A program made the position numbers and the translations under genes. From positions 29,939,499 through 30,003,498 of the forward strand of contig NC_092676.1 in assembly GCF_964355755.1 (NCBI RefSeq): a DNA stretch of 64,000 nt. Direction: 5' to 3'. Origin of the DNA: Antedon mediterranea (lineage: Eukaryota; Animalia; Echinodermata). Below the pieces are notes generated by a model. It saw only the letters and a program-made list of their open reading frames with translations. It searched no databases and had not been told where the DNA came from. Positions 21,961-32,734 of the stretch are shown piece by piece (the first letter of the stretch is position 1; each line of letters starts with the position of its first letter).

Positions 21961-23134
21961 CCCACGCCCCGTAAACATCTTTTGGAATAAACGCCCCGCC
22001 ACATGCATTGAATAACATATTTCTATGTGTAGTATTTCATTGAAGTTCATTGATCTCACTGATTGGGAAATGTTACTGTATTTTATCACTTCTTGATATA
22101 AATTCTTTTTTATTTGTTCATATCTAAGTATGAATATATTTTTTTCTACACCTTCCTCGAATAAACGCCGCCCCCCCCCCCCCCTTCTTCTTAAAAACAC
22201 TCCAAAACAACAGGTTAAATTGTTAAATTGTAAATTAACTCTTTCCTAGGAACAATAACGCCCAGTAAACAATTAATAAAGCTGTTTTATATGAGGGCGC
22301 AAGACTAATAATTTTCAGGACTTGCAGTTACGTAACTTCTATTTTTAGAAAGTTACAAATCAAAACAAACTAGCCTACTAGGCCTAAACCCGGACGGCCA
22401 GACCAGGAAGGACATTAGGCTTGGCCTACTTGCCCGTTAGTTGCTACAAAAATATTATATTTTTAAGATTAACGGAAACATGCAGTAGCTAGGCCTAGTA
22501 CCAATTAAGGTTAAAGGCTAGGCTAGCCTACCTAGCTAGGCTAGTCTTATTAGTTAGAGGAATATAACAATACTCTTCTTCTCTAGCTAATAGGTAGGCC
22601 TAACCGGCGCTAGCTAATTCCAATTCGCACCTAGAGTAGTAGTGGGTGTAGTAGGCCTAGGATAGTAGAGACTGATATGAGCTAGTCTCGCCCAGCAGGA
22701 ATGAAGTGGAGATAGGATAATAGGGTAGAATTCTTCTAGTTCTAATCTACTATAGAACAAGGCTTACCTACCATAGATATAATATTTTTTTAGAAAATTG
22801 ATGGGGGTAACGGTATGCGGTCAAATGCGGAAAGTTTCCCATTCGACTGGCGATAATCAAATCTCCAAAACTTCCCTTATAAACTTAGACCTTGCAAATA
22901 TAACTTTCGAGCCCTGGCGAAACCAATTGACTGTCCTTCGTCGAGTGCAGACGTGTTTGAGCGGAGCTCTCACACGTATACGTTTTTAGATACAGTACTC
23001 GCTTACCTGTGATAGCATGTTGCAAGGATAAGCTACTAGCTGCATGAGACCTGTATACCTACCTGGATAGTGAACGTATCGGTTGCATTAAATATAGGTA
23101 CACTTTTGTTATTTATTCTAACTAAACATCTACA

Positions 23135-23983
23135 ATGGCCAACGTGGAAAACAAAGAGCCAAATATTTCTAATTTAAATATTAGCGCCGCTGAACCGAAC
23201 ACCTGGCTGTCGACTCTCATCAAGTCAATCATGGGCTGCAAAACCATTGCTGATATTAAATCTACATTATGCGACGCAGTCACCAAGATTGTCTCCTTGG
23301 AAAAAGACATTACCATCCTCAATCTTGAAATCACCGGTTTACAAAAAGAACTGAGGAATTTGCACGCCGATATGCAGGAAAATTCTGATTTCATGGATGT
23401 TAAGCTGAAGGATATTGCCGAGGATACGCAGCAATCCACTACGGAATGCATAGAAGAGATACGCGACAAAATCGACAACCTAGAAGGACGTCAACGCCGT
23501 AACAATCTGAGGTTTACTGGCATGCCCGAACAAGCGGAGGATAGTGAAGGTACTGTTAATTTCCTTTCCTCATTTATTTCCAATACCACCGGCATCAAAA
23601 TCGCTAATGATGATATACAACGAGCCCATCGAGTTGGACCACGTAATACCACCAGGGATAAACCGAGACCACTTGTTGCATACTTTCTCAGATATTCCAC
23701 TAAAGAAAGAGTACGCAAGGCAGCTCCAAAAGTGAGACCTAAATTTAAAGATAATAACATCTACGTAAATAATGATTTTACCAGCAGAGTGATAAGTAGA
23801 AGAAAGGCATTATACTCATCGATGAAATACCTGCATTCCAACAAAGTAAAGGCCTGGCTCCACCTTGACAAATTGCGTTACATAGATGCAAATGGTTATG
23901 TTCGCACATTCATCGACATGGATCATCTTGCCAAATACTACCCGTACCTCAAGGAAGCACATGCCCCCGTAGCTACTGAGTAA
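23135..23983 (+). CDS. LINE ORF1p (coiled-coil + RRM + CTD, Transposase_22-like)
   Basis: ..LQKELRNLHADMQE..EGRQRRNNLRFTGMPEQAEDSEGTVNFLSSFI..IQRAHRVGPRN..KPRPLVAYFLRYSTKERVRKAAPK..NNIYVNNDFTSRVISRRKAL matches L1/Tx1-type ORF1 motifs. Confidence 0.8.
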   Translation: MANVENKEPNISNLNISAAEPNTWLSTLIKSIMGCKTIADIKSTLCDAVTKIVSLEKDITILNLEITGLQKELRNLHADMQENSDFMDVKLKDIAEDTQQSTTECIEEIRDKIDNLEGRQRRNNLRFTGMPEQAEDSEGTVNFLSSFISNTTGIKIANDDIQRAHRVGPRNTTRDKPRPLVAYFLRYSTKERVRKAAPKVRPKFKDNNIYVNNDFTSRVISRRKALYSSMKYLHSNKVKAWLHLDKLRYIDANGYVRTFIDMDHLAKYYPYLKEAHAPVATE

Positions 23984-24167
23984 TTCTAGTCGTCGCAATA
24001 ATTTAACTTTACTTTGACTCTACTTACCGTCAACCGAAATATTACCTATAATATATTTTTATTTCAAGAATTGTTTATTTTGCTTCTCATTAATTATGTA
24101 TTAATGTATACAGTCTCATGCATGCTTATTGCTGTATTTCTTTTTTAGATAACGCTATACGCAGCTA

Positions 24168-26786
24168 TTGTTAATGAATGTTAATTATCTTCACTTACTT
24201 CCTTTTTATGACTTTAATGTGAACTCTGAACTTACTAACAACAATGATATTTCTAACATAACCTTTAATCCAGTTAATTACAATGAAAATGACAAATATG
24301 ATGAATCTTTTGATCAACTAATTAATAACCTCAATTCACAGTCAGTTACCCTAGATGAATGCAGCTTTTATGATTATTCACAATTTAATTCTAAGTTTAA
24401 TACATCCTTTAATACTAAACTATCTCTCCTGCATCTTAATATTAGAAGTATTACGCATAAAGTTAATGATCTCGAATGCCTTTTGAATTCAATTAATAAC
24501 AAATTTTCCATAATCGGTATCAGTGAAACATGGCTTAATGAAAACTCCCCTATTCCTTTCATTAATAACTACTCCTTCTTTGCAAGCAATAGAAGCAATA
24601 ATCAAATTGGCGGAGGAGTTGCATTTTTTATACGTAATGATATTAGCATTACAATTCGAAATGACTTAAAATTACCAGACGACCTTTCCGAATCACTTTT
24701 TGTTGAGATTGAAAATTCAAAGACAAAAAATGATATTATAGGCATTATTTACAGAGCCCCCTGTGGAGGGCTAGATTCTTTTACTAAATCCGTCGATAAT
24801 GTATTAACCCAAATTAACAATGAAAACAAAAATTGTCATCTCATGGGAGACTTCAATATTGATTTATTAAAATTCCATAACCATAAATTAACAAACACCT
24901 ACCTAAATACCTTAATTTCCCATTCTTTTTTTCCAACTATTTCAAAACCAACTAGGATTACCTCAACTTCGGCCACCTTGATTGATCATTTTTATTCCAA
25001 ACAATCTAACTATAAAATAGTTGCTGGTGTTTTACTTAATGATATCTCCGACCACCTTCCTATATTTCAGTTCATTGATCAAGAAATTAATGATCAAAAC
25101 CTTGATGATAATAGCGCCAACTATTCATTTCGTATAAACGACCTAAATGCCTTATCGATTGATTTAGAAGGTGAAGACTGGTCTATGATATTTGATTGTG
25201 ACCCAAGATTGAGTTTTGATATATTTATTGAAAAATTTACAAATATCCACTCCAGACACTTGGTTAAAAGTAGTATAAAATCAAATAAAACGTTTAAACA
25301 ACCATGGATGTCATCTGCTCTCTTAAAATGTAGTTCTCGGAAACATAAACTTTATAACAAATATATGCACACACGTAGTAATAATGACAAATTAAACTAT
25401 ACAAAATATAATAATATTTTCACTAATCTTTGTCGCACTGCTAAAAAGAATTATTATACTTCCCAGTTTGATAGATATAAAGGTAATCTGAAGAACACAT
25501 GGCTTGTAATAAATTCTGTTTTAAATAAAGGTAATAATAATAACAAGCACCCGAATCTAATTAAAGACGGTGATAATATTTACAAAACTCAAAAAGAGAT
25601 ATGTGAATCGTTTAACAACTATTTTTCTACAATTGGTCCTAATCTTATTAATAGTATGCCAACTAATATAACTGATCCATTATCTTATCTTCATTCTGCG
25701 TTTGCCAACTCATTTTATATTAGCCCAGTTTCAATTGATGATGTTAACCTAACTATATACAATCTAAATTCTAATAAAGGGTCTGGATCTGACGGTATTA
25801 CTGCTCGTGTCTTAAAATCTGTATCTCCCTTAATCATCCACCAACTTACCCATTGTATAAATTCATCTTTTTTATCTGGCACTTTTCCAACACACTTAAA
25901 ACTAGCTAAAGTTGTGCCCATTTTCAAGAAAGGTGAACGAAGTCAATTATCTAATTACCGGCCAATATCACTACTTTCAGTGTTTTCCAAAATTATTGAA
26001 AAACTCATGTATTCTAAACTTTCTGATTATCTCACAAAATTTGATATACTTAATAAACGCCAATATGGTTTTCGAAAAAATCACTCTACATCCCATGCCG
26101 TTTTAGATCTTATTAATAATATTACAAATTCATTTGAATCAAAAGAAAATTTATTAAGTTTATTTATTGATCTTTCAAAGGCCTTCGATGTTATTAATCA
26201 CGATAATTTAATTAAAAAACTTGAGTGCTATGGAATTAGAGGTATTTCATTGAATTGGTTTAATAGTTATTTGAAAGATAGAAAACAATATGTTGCATTA
26301 GGATCTTGTACATCGTCGACGATGGATATTACTTGCGGAGTGCCACAGGGATCTGTGCTTGGGCCATTGCTCTTCCTTATTTATGTTAATGATCTGGCTA
26401 ATGTCAGTAACAAATTGCAAGTAATATCCTTCGCCGACGACACCACCTTATTTTACTCTAATTCCAATATTGATTTATTATTTACTACATTCAATGATGA
26501 ATTAACAAAATTTTGTGACTGGTTTATTTCAAACAAATTACTTATTAATACTCTTAAAACAAATTATTTAATTTTTCACAATTCTCAACGTAAACTAAAA
26601 GTTGATGACCTAAATATACTTCTTGGCGGAATTCAAATTGAACGCAAAACTGAAACACTTTTTTTAGGTGTATATATTCATGAAAACCTCAAATGGACCA
26701 GTCATCAAAATTACGTTTCGAAAAAAATATCAAGATCTATTAGTATTATTAACAGACTTAAGCACTTCTTCCCTCTAATATTTTAA
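24168..26786 (+). CDS. LINE ORF2p: apurinic-like endonuclease + reverse transcriptase, 872 aa to the frameshift
   Basis: EN motifs LNIRSI..IIGISETWL..GGGVAFFIRND..GDFNID; RT motifs FRKNHSTSHAVLDL..LFIDLSKAFDVINHD..GVPQGSVLGPLLFLIYVNDL..FADDTTLF. Confidence 0.85.
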   Translation: MLMNVNYLHLLPFYDFNVNSELTNNNDISNITFNPVNYNENDKYDESFDQLINNLNSQSVTLDECSFYDYSQFNSKFNTSFNTKLSLLHLNIRSITHKVNDLECLLNSINNKFSIIGISETWLNENSPIPFINNYSFFASNRSNNQIGGGVAFFIRNDISITIRNDLKLPDDLSESLFVEIENSKTKNDIIGIIYRAPCGGLDSFTKSVDNVLTQINNENKNCHLMGDFNIDLLKFHNHKLTNTYLNTLISHSFFPTISKPTRITSTSATLIDHFYSKQSNYKIVAGVLLNDISDHLPIFQFIDQEINDQNLDDNSANYSFRINDLNALSIDLEGEDWSMIFDCDPRLSFDIFIEKFTNIHSRHLVKSSIKSNKTFKQPWMSSALLKCSSRKHKLYNKYMHTRSNNDKLNYTKYNNIFTNLCRTAKKNYYTSQFDRYKGNLKNTWLVINSVLNKGNNNNKHPNLIKDGDNIYKTQKEICESFNNYFSTIGPNLINSMPTNITDPLSYLHSAFANSFYISPVSIDDVNLTIYNLNSNKGSGSDGITARVLKSVSPLIIHQLTHCINSSFLSGTFPTHLKLAKVVPIFKKGERSQLSNYRPISLLSVFSKIIEKLMYSKLSDYLTKFDILNKRQYGFRKNHSTSHAVLDLINNITNSFESKENLLSLFIDLSKAFDVINHDNLIKKLECYGIRGISLNWFNSYLKDRKQYVALGSCTSSTMDITCGVPQGSVLGPLLFLIYVNDLANVSNKLQVISFADDTTLFYSNSNIDLLFTTFNDELTKFCDWFISNKLLINTLKTNYLIFHNSQRKLKVDDLNILLGGIQIERKTETLFLGVYIHENLKWTSHQNYVSKKISRSISIINRLKHFFPLIF

Positions 26787-27265
26787 TTTCTCTTTATAAC
26801 ACACTTGTACTTCCTTATTTCCAGTATTGTAACATTATTTGGGCTGCAGATTACTCTTCTAATATTGATAGATTAACTAAATTACAAAAACGTGCAGCTA
26901 GAATTATTACTTTTTCACCATATAGAACCTCATCTGAACCCCTTTTTAAACGTCTTGGTATATTAAAATTAACGGATATCCACAATGTTCAAGTTGCCAG
27001 TTTTATGTTTAATTATTTTAAAAACCAACTTCCTATTTCTATGATTGATATGCTCTGTAAACGTACCAAATTTCACAATTACAAATTAAGAACTTCTCAT
27101 TTAAACATTCCTTTTGCTAGACTTACAAAAACTAAATTTTTTATAACTATATCAGGTCCTAATTTGTGGAATCATATCCCACCAAATATCAAAACGTCAA
27201 TATCATTATTTACTTTCCGAAAAAAGTTAAAGAATCATTATATATCTAAATATTATACTGCTTAG
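26785..27265 (+). CDS. LINE ORF2 C-terminal tail in the +1 frame (LISLYNTLVLPYFQYCNIIW..LQKRAARIITFSPYRTSSEPLFKRLGILKL..ISGPNLWNHIPPNIKTSISLFTFRKKLKNHY..)
   Basis: Canonical CR1/L2/Jockey-superfamily tail. It is joined to ORF2 by a 1-nt frameshift in the T-run at about 26781-26784. Confidence 0.75.
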
Positions 27266-27829
27266 TTAATATGCTTATTATCATTATTTATACTCATATA
27301 CTATTTATGTCTTACACAAAATATTAGTTGTTGTTTATTATTGCAATCTTTAATCTATACTATGTATAATGACTGTATATATAGTATATACTATATATAT
27401 ACTGGAATAATAATTTATGTATACATATTTTTTTTTCATTTACCAATATCGGTAGTTATTTCATTTATAATTATCATGAAACTATTGAAATATAATTTAA
27501 ATAATTTTTATAAAGAAGATGTTAGTTATGTTATTATACTGTAATTTTTTATCCTAAATTATATAATTATATATTCTAGGTTATTTTTATTTTTTTAGTA
27601 ATGTGTTTTGTTATGGGTCCCTACGAGACAAGTTTTTAACTTCTAGAAGGGATCCATGATAATAATGACTACCAATTACTGCTTTATCTATGTTCACTTT
27701 AATATCTTTTTTCTATTTTGTATATATTCATTCATTATTATCTAAATAAATATTATCTGAATTATCTGAAAACTTTTGTTTGTGTTTTGTTACTTTTCAG
27801 ATCGATGACTTACCACGTCTGACATAAAA

Positions 27830-27961
27830 ATGTCTAATATTTTTAAAGGATACCAATTTGTACTAGATCTTGACCCAAATTTCAATTTTAAACAAAAGAA
27901 AGAATTTCAGAAGAAAATAACTAACAATGGAGGAACAATTAATGCTGCTCTCACAAATGAG
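27830..27961 (+). CDS. PARP4: PARP4 (vault PARP) exon 1: MSNIFKGYQFVLDLDPNFNFKQKKEFQKKITNNGGTINAALTNE (BRCT start)
   Basis: Aligns with human MVMGIFANCIFCLKVKYLPQQQKKKLQTDIKENGGKFSFSLNPQ; donor gtaaat 27962. Confidence 0.7.
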
Positions 27962-27989
27962 GTAAATAAGGGGTTCAAAGAGGTTGCAG

Positions 27990-28175
27990 ATGATTTATGT
28001 ATTTTCATGGGGGGTTTTCAAGGAGTTGTCATGGAGGTTTCCAGGAGTTTTCATGGGGGTTTTCCAGTAGTTTTCATGGGTTTTTCCAGGAGTTGTCATG
28101 GGGGTTTCCAGGAGTTTTTATGGGGGTTTTCCAGGAGTTTTCATGGGGGTTTTCCAGGGATGTTTTCAAATCTTG
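27990..28175. repeat. Minisatellite, about 24-bp unit (ggggttttccaggagttttcatgg) x about 7 in PARP4 intron 1
   Basis: Direct repeats. Confidence 0.85.
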
Positions 28176-28605
28176 GGATTCAAAGAGGTTCGAGATTCAT
28201 GCATTTTCTATCTATTCATTTATTTGTTTAAATTTAATTTCAATAAATGCAAATTAAAAATAATTTGGCTTTATTTTTGCTACACACAGAAATACATGCA
28301 AGATCTGTGCTACACAGACAGAGCAACATAACCCTGGAAAATAAAAATAAATAATGATAATAAATAAATAAAATAAAATATAAAAGATAGAAATGGTTGT
28401 TATGGGATGAAAATAAACAAGAAGTAGAAAAGACCACAAAAATGAATTTATTTATAAAATACAGTGATTACAAAAAGTGTAGTAATTCTTTTGTTGGAAA
28501 TGTAGAATTCTCAGCAGAAACAGTGTTTAAATTGTCACAATTTGTGTATGTATTATAATAGCATTGCAATAATTGTCATCACTTCATCGGAAATGTTTTT
28601 CTTAG

Positions 28606-28792
28606 ACAAACTTTTTAATTGTAAGCAACACAAGAAAAACCAAACTATCATACAAAGGTCGAACCGCACAGAAGAACAGCACTCCTATAGTTTCTACAGA
28701 TTTTGTTAAAAGATGTTTGAAAGAAAAACGTGTTGTAGATACCAGAGTGTTTATGACTTTAGGCTCAGAATTTGAAGAAGGCAAAATAAAAG
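28606..28792 (+). CDS. PARP4: PARP4 exon 2 (TNFLIVSNTRKTKLSYKGRTAQKNSTPIVSTDFVKRCLKEKRVVDTRVFMTLGSEFEEGKIK)
   Basis: Aligns with human CTHIILDNADVLSQYQLNSIQKNHVHIANPDFIWKSIREKRLLDVKNY (BRCT). Confidence 0.65.
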
Positions 28793-28965
28793 GTAATTTC
28801 AATACAGATAATATTGTATTTATTCTTAATTCAAGCAACTGTAAATTTGTCAAATTAGCAAAAGAATTTTATAATCCAGCGCTTTTAATAATAGATTTGA
28901 TTTTTAAAATTATAACCCCTGATGTCTCTATAAAGTAAGTTAAATATTTACATTTTTGAAAACAG

Positions 28966-29029
28966 GAAAATTATCCTCCAGAAAACTGAGCAGTGTAAAG
29001 GAACCAAAGTTTAATTTCCAGGAAATCAG
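28966..29029 (+). CDS. PARP4: PARP4 exon 3 (GKLSSRKLSSVKEPKFNFQEI)
   Basis: Phase-compatible short exon between ag 28964-28965 and gtatgt 29030. Confidence 0.5.
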
Positions 29030-29210
29030 GTATGTAACCATGCTATACAAATTACTAGTTGTATTAATGATCTAGATTATGAAATCTGGATACAAATATT
29101 TAGATATCTCTAAGATACGTAATAAACAGTTGCAAAAAGACAATTGTACTTTTAAAATTAAATGTTACTGTACTTCTGTTTAAATATATCATTATAATTT
29201 TTCTTTTTAG

Positions 29211-29286
29211 AGTGTGGAAATGGGGTGACAATAAGGCACCAGAATTTGATGAGGACAATTATGAAGTTGCAAAAAGTTATCTTCTG
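29211..29286 (+). CDS. PARP4: PARP4 exon 4 (RVWKWGDNKAPEFDEDNYEVAKSYLL)
   Basis: Aligns with human ..LPQDFEVAKYNTL. Confidence 0.55.
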
Positions 29287-29324
29287 GTAAATAGTTATTT
29301 CTGTTAATTGATCTAAAACTCTGT

Positions 29325-29435
29325 CTACACTATCAAACTAATTTGACAAAAAATGATGTACTCAAATATGGTAGTGATATGACATCATCATGTCCATTAT
29401 GGTCACATTACATAAAGTTTGATAGTGTAGACAGA
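29325..29435. mobile_element. MITE family copy in PARP4 intron 4
   Basis: ctctgtctacactatcaaac...gtttgatagtgtagacagaatc. Confidence 0.8.
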
Positions 29436-29521
29436 ATCCTGATTCTTTTTACACTAACCATTTCATTGACACTAGAATTTTAAGTAGAGGAAGTTAATGT
29501 TATTATTGGTTGTTTTTAAAG

Positions 29522-29650
29522 CAATCGAACCCATTTGAAGCTCTATTTTACCAGCTTGAACTTCATGTCATAGCAAAAGCCAGAAGGTCAAAGGGCAAGC
29601 ATTTTAACTTCCGTGTTTTCTGTCACTATGGAAACGGAGATCAACTCAAG
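29522..29650 (+). CDS. PARP4: PARP4 exon 5 (QSNPFEALFYQLELHVIAKARRSKGKHFNFRVFCHYGNGDQLK)
   Basis: Phase-0 open exon, acceptor ag 29520-29521, donor gtaaat 29651. Confidence 0.5.
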
Positions 29651-29699
29651 GTAAATTCATATAAACTTATATAATACTTAATTAATAATTTTAGTTTGT

Positions 29700-30300
29700 A
29701 AATTGTCAATTTAAACCACATAGCTTGTCCCACGTAGAATATGTATCTATCCTGAGCGATAACCACATAGCTTGTCCCACGTAGAATATGTATCTATCCT
29801 GAGCAATAACCACATAGCTTTTCCCACGTAGAATATGTATCTATCCTGAGCAATAACCACATAGCTTGTCCCACGTAGAATATGTATCTATCCTGAGCAA
29901 TAACCACATAGCTTGTCCCACGTAGAATATGTATCTATCCTGAGCGATAACCACATAGCTTGTCCCACGTAGAATATGTATCTATCCTGAGCAAAAACCA
30001 CATAGCTTGTCCCACGTAGAATATGTATCTATCCTGAGCAATAACCACATAGCTTGTCCCACGTAGAATATGTATCTATCCTGAGCAATAACCACATAGC
30101 TTGTCCCACATAGAATATGTATCTATCCTGAGCGATAACCACATAGCTTGTCCCACGTAGAATATGTATCTATCCTGAGTGAAAACCACCCATCCGCTTC
30201 GTGTTGTGTGTAAATGGTCATAAGGAATAACATAGATTCTAATTTTTATTACCGTTACCGCTTGTCTGTGTAAATTGGCCTTTAGTCTTTCTTTCTTTTT
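29700..30300 (+). mobile_element. Internally deleted relative of the 4590-5370 LINE fragment, carrying a 47-bp tandem array x about 10 (ccacatagcttgtcccacgtagaatatgtatctatcctgagcaataa) at 29700-30180
   Basis: Shares the 5' motif ttgtcccacgtagaat..ctatcct and the 3' motif gtgtaaatggtcataaggaat..ctgtgtaaattggcc with the copy in PPIL4 intron 11. Confidence 0.7.
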
Positions 30301-30471
30301 ATCTATAGACATTAAGCCTGTATCGATCAGACTGTTTAAAGCACTTGTGCTTATTTTGTATCCCATTCCGTTATCATGCTTATTGTATTTGTATATGTTT
30401 TATTTTGATCTTCGAATAAAAAATGTCGATGAATGAAAATGAAAACTTTTTTACAAATTATTTTTGTAAAG

Positions 30472-30633
30472 GATGCAAGCAGTGGTACAAAAGAATGTCG
30501 TTATTTGCAATGTAGTTCCGATGCTCTTGAAGTTTACAAATACTTATTCAACTTGTATCGTGATGCACCGCACAATTACATCAAATCTGACCAGTTCATC
30601 TCAAGATGGATTGGATCTGATAAACAGAGAAAG
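30472..30633 (+). CDS. PARP4: PARP4 exon 6 (DASSGTKECRYLQCSSDALEVYKYLFNLYRDAPHNYIKSDQFISRWIGSDKQRK)
   Basis: Phase-0 exon, acceptor ag 30470-30471, donor gtaaat 30634. Confidence 0.6.
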
Positions 30634-30911
30634 GTAAATACTGCTTATAATACATTTATACTTCATAGAAATTGATTTGATAACTTTATTTGCCCTTCTA
30701 GTTGTAGTATCAAGACACTTATTACTAGCTCTTCTGATAGAGGGCTGTATAACATATACTGTACCTCAGACATTACTGTACACTGAATTTTATTTAATAT
30801 TTCTTAATAAATATTAATACATTTGATTTTCATTATCCAGATGGCATTATGTGCTCTCACACATTGTGCCAGTGCTAGACCACATACAGCAATTGTTATT
30901 CTCTCATTTAG

Positions 30912-31049
30912 ATATCAATGGAGTCTAGTTTAGAGTCAGGTGCTGTATCAAAGCAAGTGATAGAGTTGATAGAACACATCTGGCAAGAGGCTTATGAACA
31001 GCTGAATGCCCTCATCTCTCTACCAGATTCAAATATCAACAAAACAAAA
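30912..31049 (+). CDS. PARP4: PARP4 exon 7 (ISMESSLESGAVSKQVIELIEHIWQEAYEQLNALISLPDSNINKTK; PARP helical regulatory domain)
   Basis: Aligns with human ..SQEVSDLVEMIWAEALGHLEHMLLKPVNRISLNDVSKAEG. Confidence 0.7.
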
Positions 31050-31070
31050 GTAAATATTAGTTCTATGTTT

Positions 31071-31290
31071 GAGTGGAGTTGTGGCTTGGTGATTTAGATG
31101 CTTGGCTACCAATCCAAGGATCATGGGTTGAAGTCCAGTCATGTCAGAATTTCTTCTAATGACAAATTACAACTCCACTCTCCCAAAGACTTGTTTATGT
31201 AGAGCATCTTGTTTATATGTTTGTATTGTGAACAAGATTGCCACCTTTAAAAAGGATAGTGAATAACTTCGCTTATGGTTATCCTTGGAA
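31071..31290 (+). mobile_element. Solo tRNA-derived SINE copy in PARP4 intron 7
   Basis: gagtggagttgtggcttggtgatttagatgcttggctaccaatccaaggatcatgggttgaagtccagtc (tRNA-like head) + ..ccaaagacttgtttatgtagagc..ggttatccttgg tail. Confidence 0.75.
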
Positions 31291-31385
31291 ATATATAAAC
31301 AAAACAAAAACAATTTCAAAATGAACCAGCATGGAGCACCATCTAATGATCTATGCAAAGCATCAACATTTTGACTCTCTTTTAG

Positions 31386-31562
31386 GTAGACAAAGCTGAA
31401 GCAGTACTACTGCAAATTAGACACATTCTTGACACAAACACCAGTGTAATGGAACTCAAACAACTTAGTGAGCAATTCTTCAGTTTAATTCATCTTGATA
31501 AAGATCGCATCGGTACAATTCAAGACAAAGCAACACTTGCCAAAGTACATGACATTTGTCAA
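31386..31562 (+). CDS. PARP4: PARP4 exon 8 (VDKAEAVLLQIRHILDTNTSVMELKQLSEQFFSLIHLDKDRIGTIQDKATLAKVHDICQ)
   Basis: Aligns with human ILLLVKAALKNGETAEQLQKMMTEFYRLIPHKGTMPKEVNLGLLAKKADLCQ. Confidence 0.75.
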
Positions 31563-32407
31563 GTGAGTTTTTATTTTCTTGAAATCAAATAAAAATGAGA
31601 ATTGGTTTTATGTCATTTTACCTACTAATTTGCTAACTTTGTTTATAAATTGTTAACGTTGAGAGCAGCTAACTCTATTCCTTCTTTTTACTTTTTTTTT
31701 ATGAAGTTTCTTTTTTTTTTAAGCCAAAAAAGTATTGTTACATACCACTACATACCACCACTACTACTACTACCACTACAGTTTCAACAATTTTGGCTTA
31801 GAAAAAAAGAAACTTCATCAAAAGTAATCATACAAAGCCAAATGAAATTATTTGAACATTTCTATTCCTTCTCCTGTCAAGATTGTGCTTGATATAACAT
31901 GCTGAATAAATATTATTATATAATAATAGCATCCTGAATTTATAAAGCGCTTCATGTTGTGAAACTGTACATACAAACCGAGAGAGAAAAAAGAAGCGAA
32001 ACCCAAACCGAAATATAATGAGTTGGTTGACATACAGGTCACAAGCTACCAAGTAGTATTTGCAGGCTTTTTCCTGGGTTGACACAAAGCTCTAAAAACT
32101 TAAAAACATTCAGTTAGATGAACACTTAAAACTGACATTATTCAAGCTAATGACTATCACAGCTTGAGAAAATCTTAAAATTCTATCATTTGTTGTCATT
32201 TTAATATAATTATAGTTAATTAAAGAAGGTGGTTGACATAGTAACAAGCTACCTACTACCTATAGTATTTGTCTTGGGTTGACACTAAGCTCTAAAAAAC
32301 GTAAAAACGTTTCGTTATGTTAACATTTAGAGCCTACTTTGCTCCAGCCAATTACTTTTCCAGCTTGAGAAAATCTTAAATTTTGTTGTGATTTATTATA
32401 ATTATAG

Positions 32408-32568
32408 CTAATCAAAGACATAGAATGTTTAAGTGAAGCGACTAATTTCTCACCACGTAACACGATGCAGGCAAAGGTCCGTGCTCTACACTGTCACGTT
32501 GAACACTTGCCAAGCTCGTCACCAGAATACAAGACCATTTCTGATTTAGTAAGATCCAGCACTGAAAG
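32408..32568 (+). CDS. PARP4: PARP4 exon 9 (LIKDIECLSEATNFSPRNTMQAKVRALHCHVEHLPSSSPEYKTISDLVRSSTE)
   Basis: Aligns with human LIRDMVNVCETNLSKPNPPSLAKYRALRCKIEHVEQNTEEFLRVRKEV. Confidence 0.75.
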
Positions 32569-32734
32569 GTAAACTATTTGATTTCACATTCTATTGTAAG
32601 TAATACTTACTTAGTCCAGTTCCTCTCTCTCGATACCAGTATCCGTCTCTAGTACAAGTATATAATACTTTACTTATTTAGTCAGGGACATACACAAATA
32701 TGTATGACCAGATTCCTTCATAATTTCCTATCTG

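Larger units (their letters stand above)
22900..27600 (+). mobile_element. Near full-length non-LTR retrotransposon (LINE): 5'UTR, ORF1 (L1-like), ORF2 (APE endonuclease + RT), 3'UTR; boundaries approximate
   Basis: Two consecutive long ORFs with diagnostic domains; ORF2 carries one frameshift near 26783. It sits immediately upstream of PARP4 exon 1. Confidence 0.8.

Noticed and set aside
21865-22200. Minus-strand 111-aa ORF containing GGGGG runs
   Set aside because: Produced by poly-C homopolymers; no coding features.
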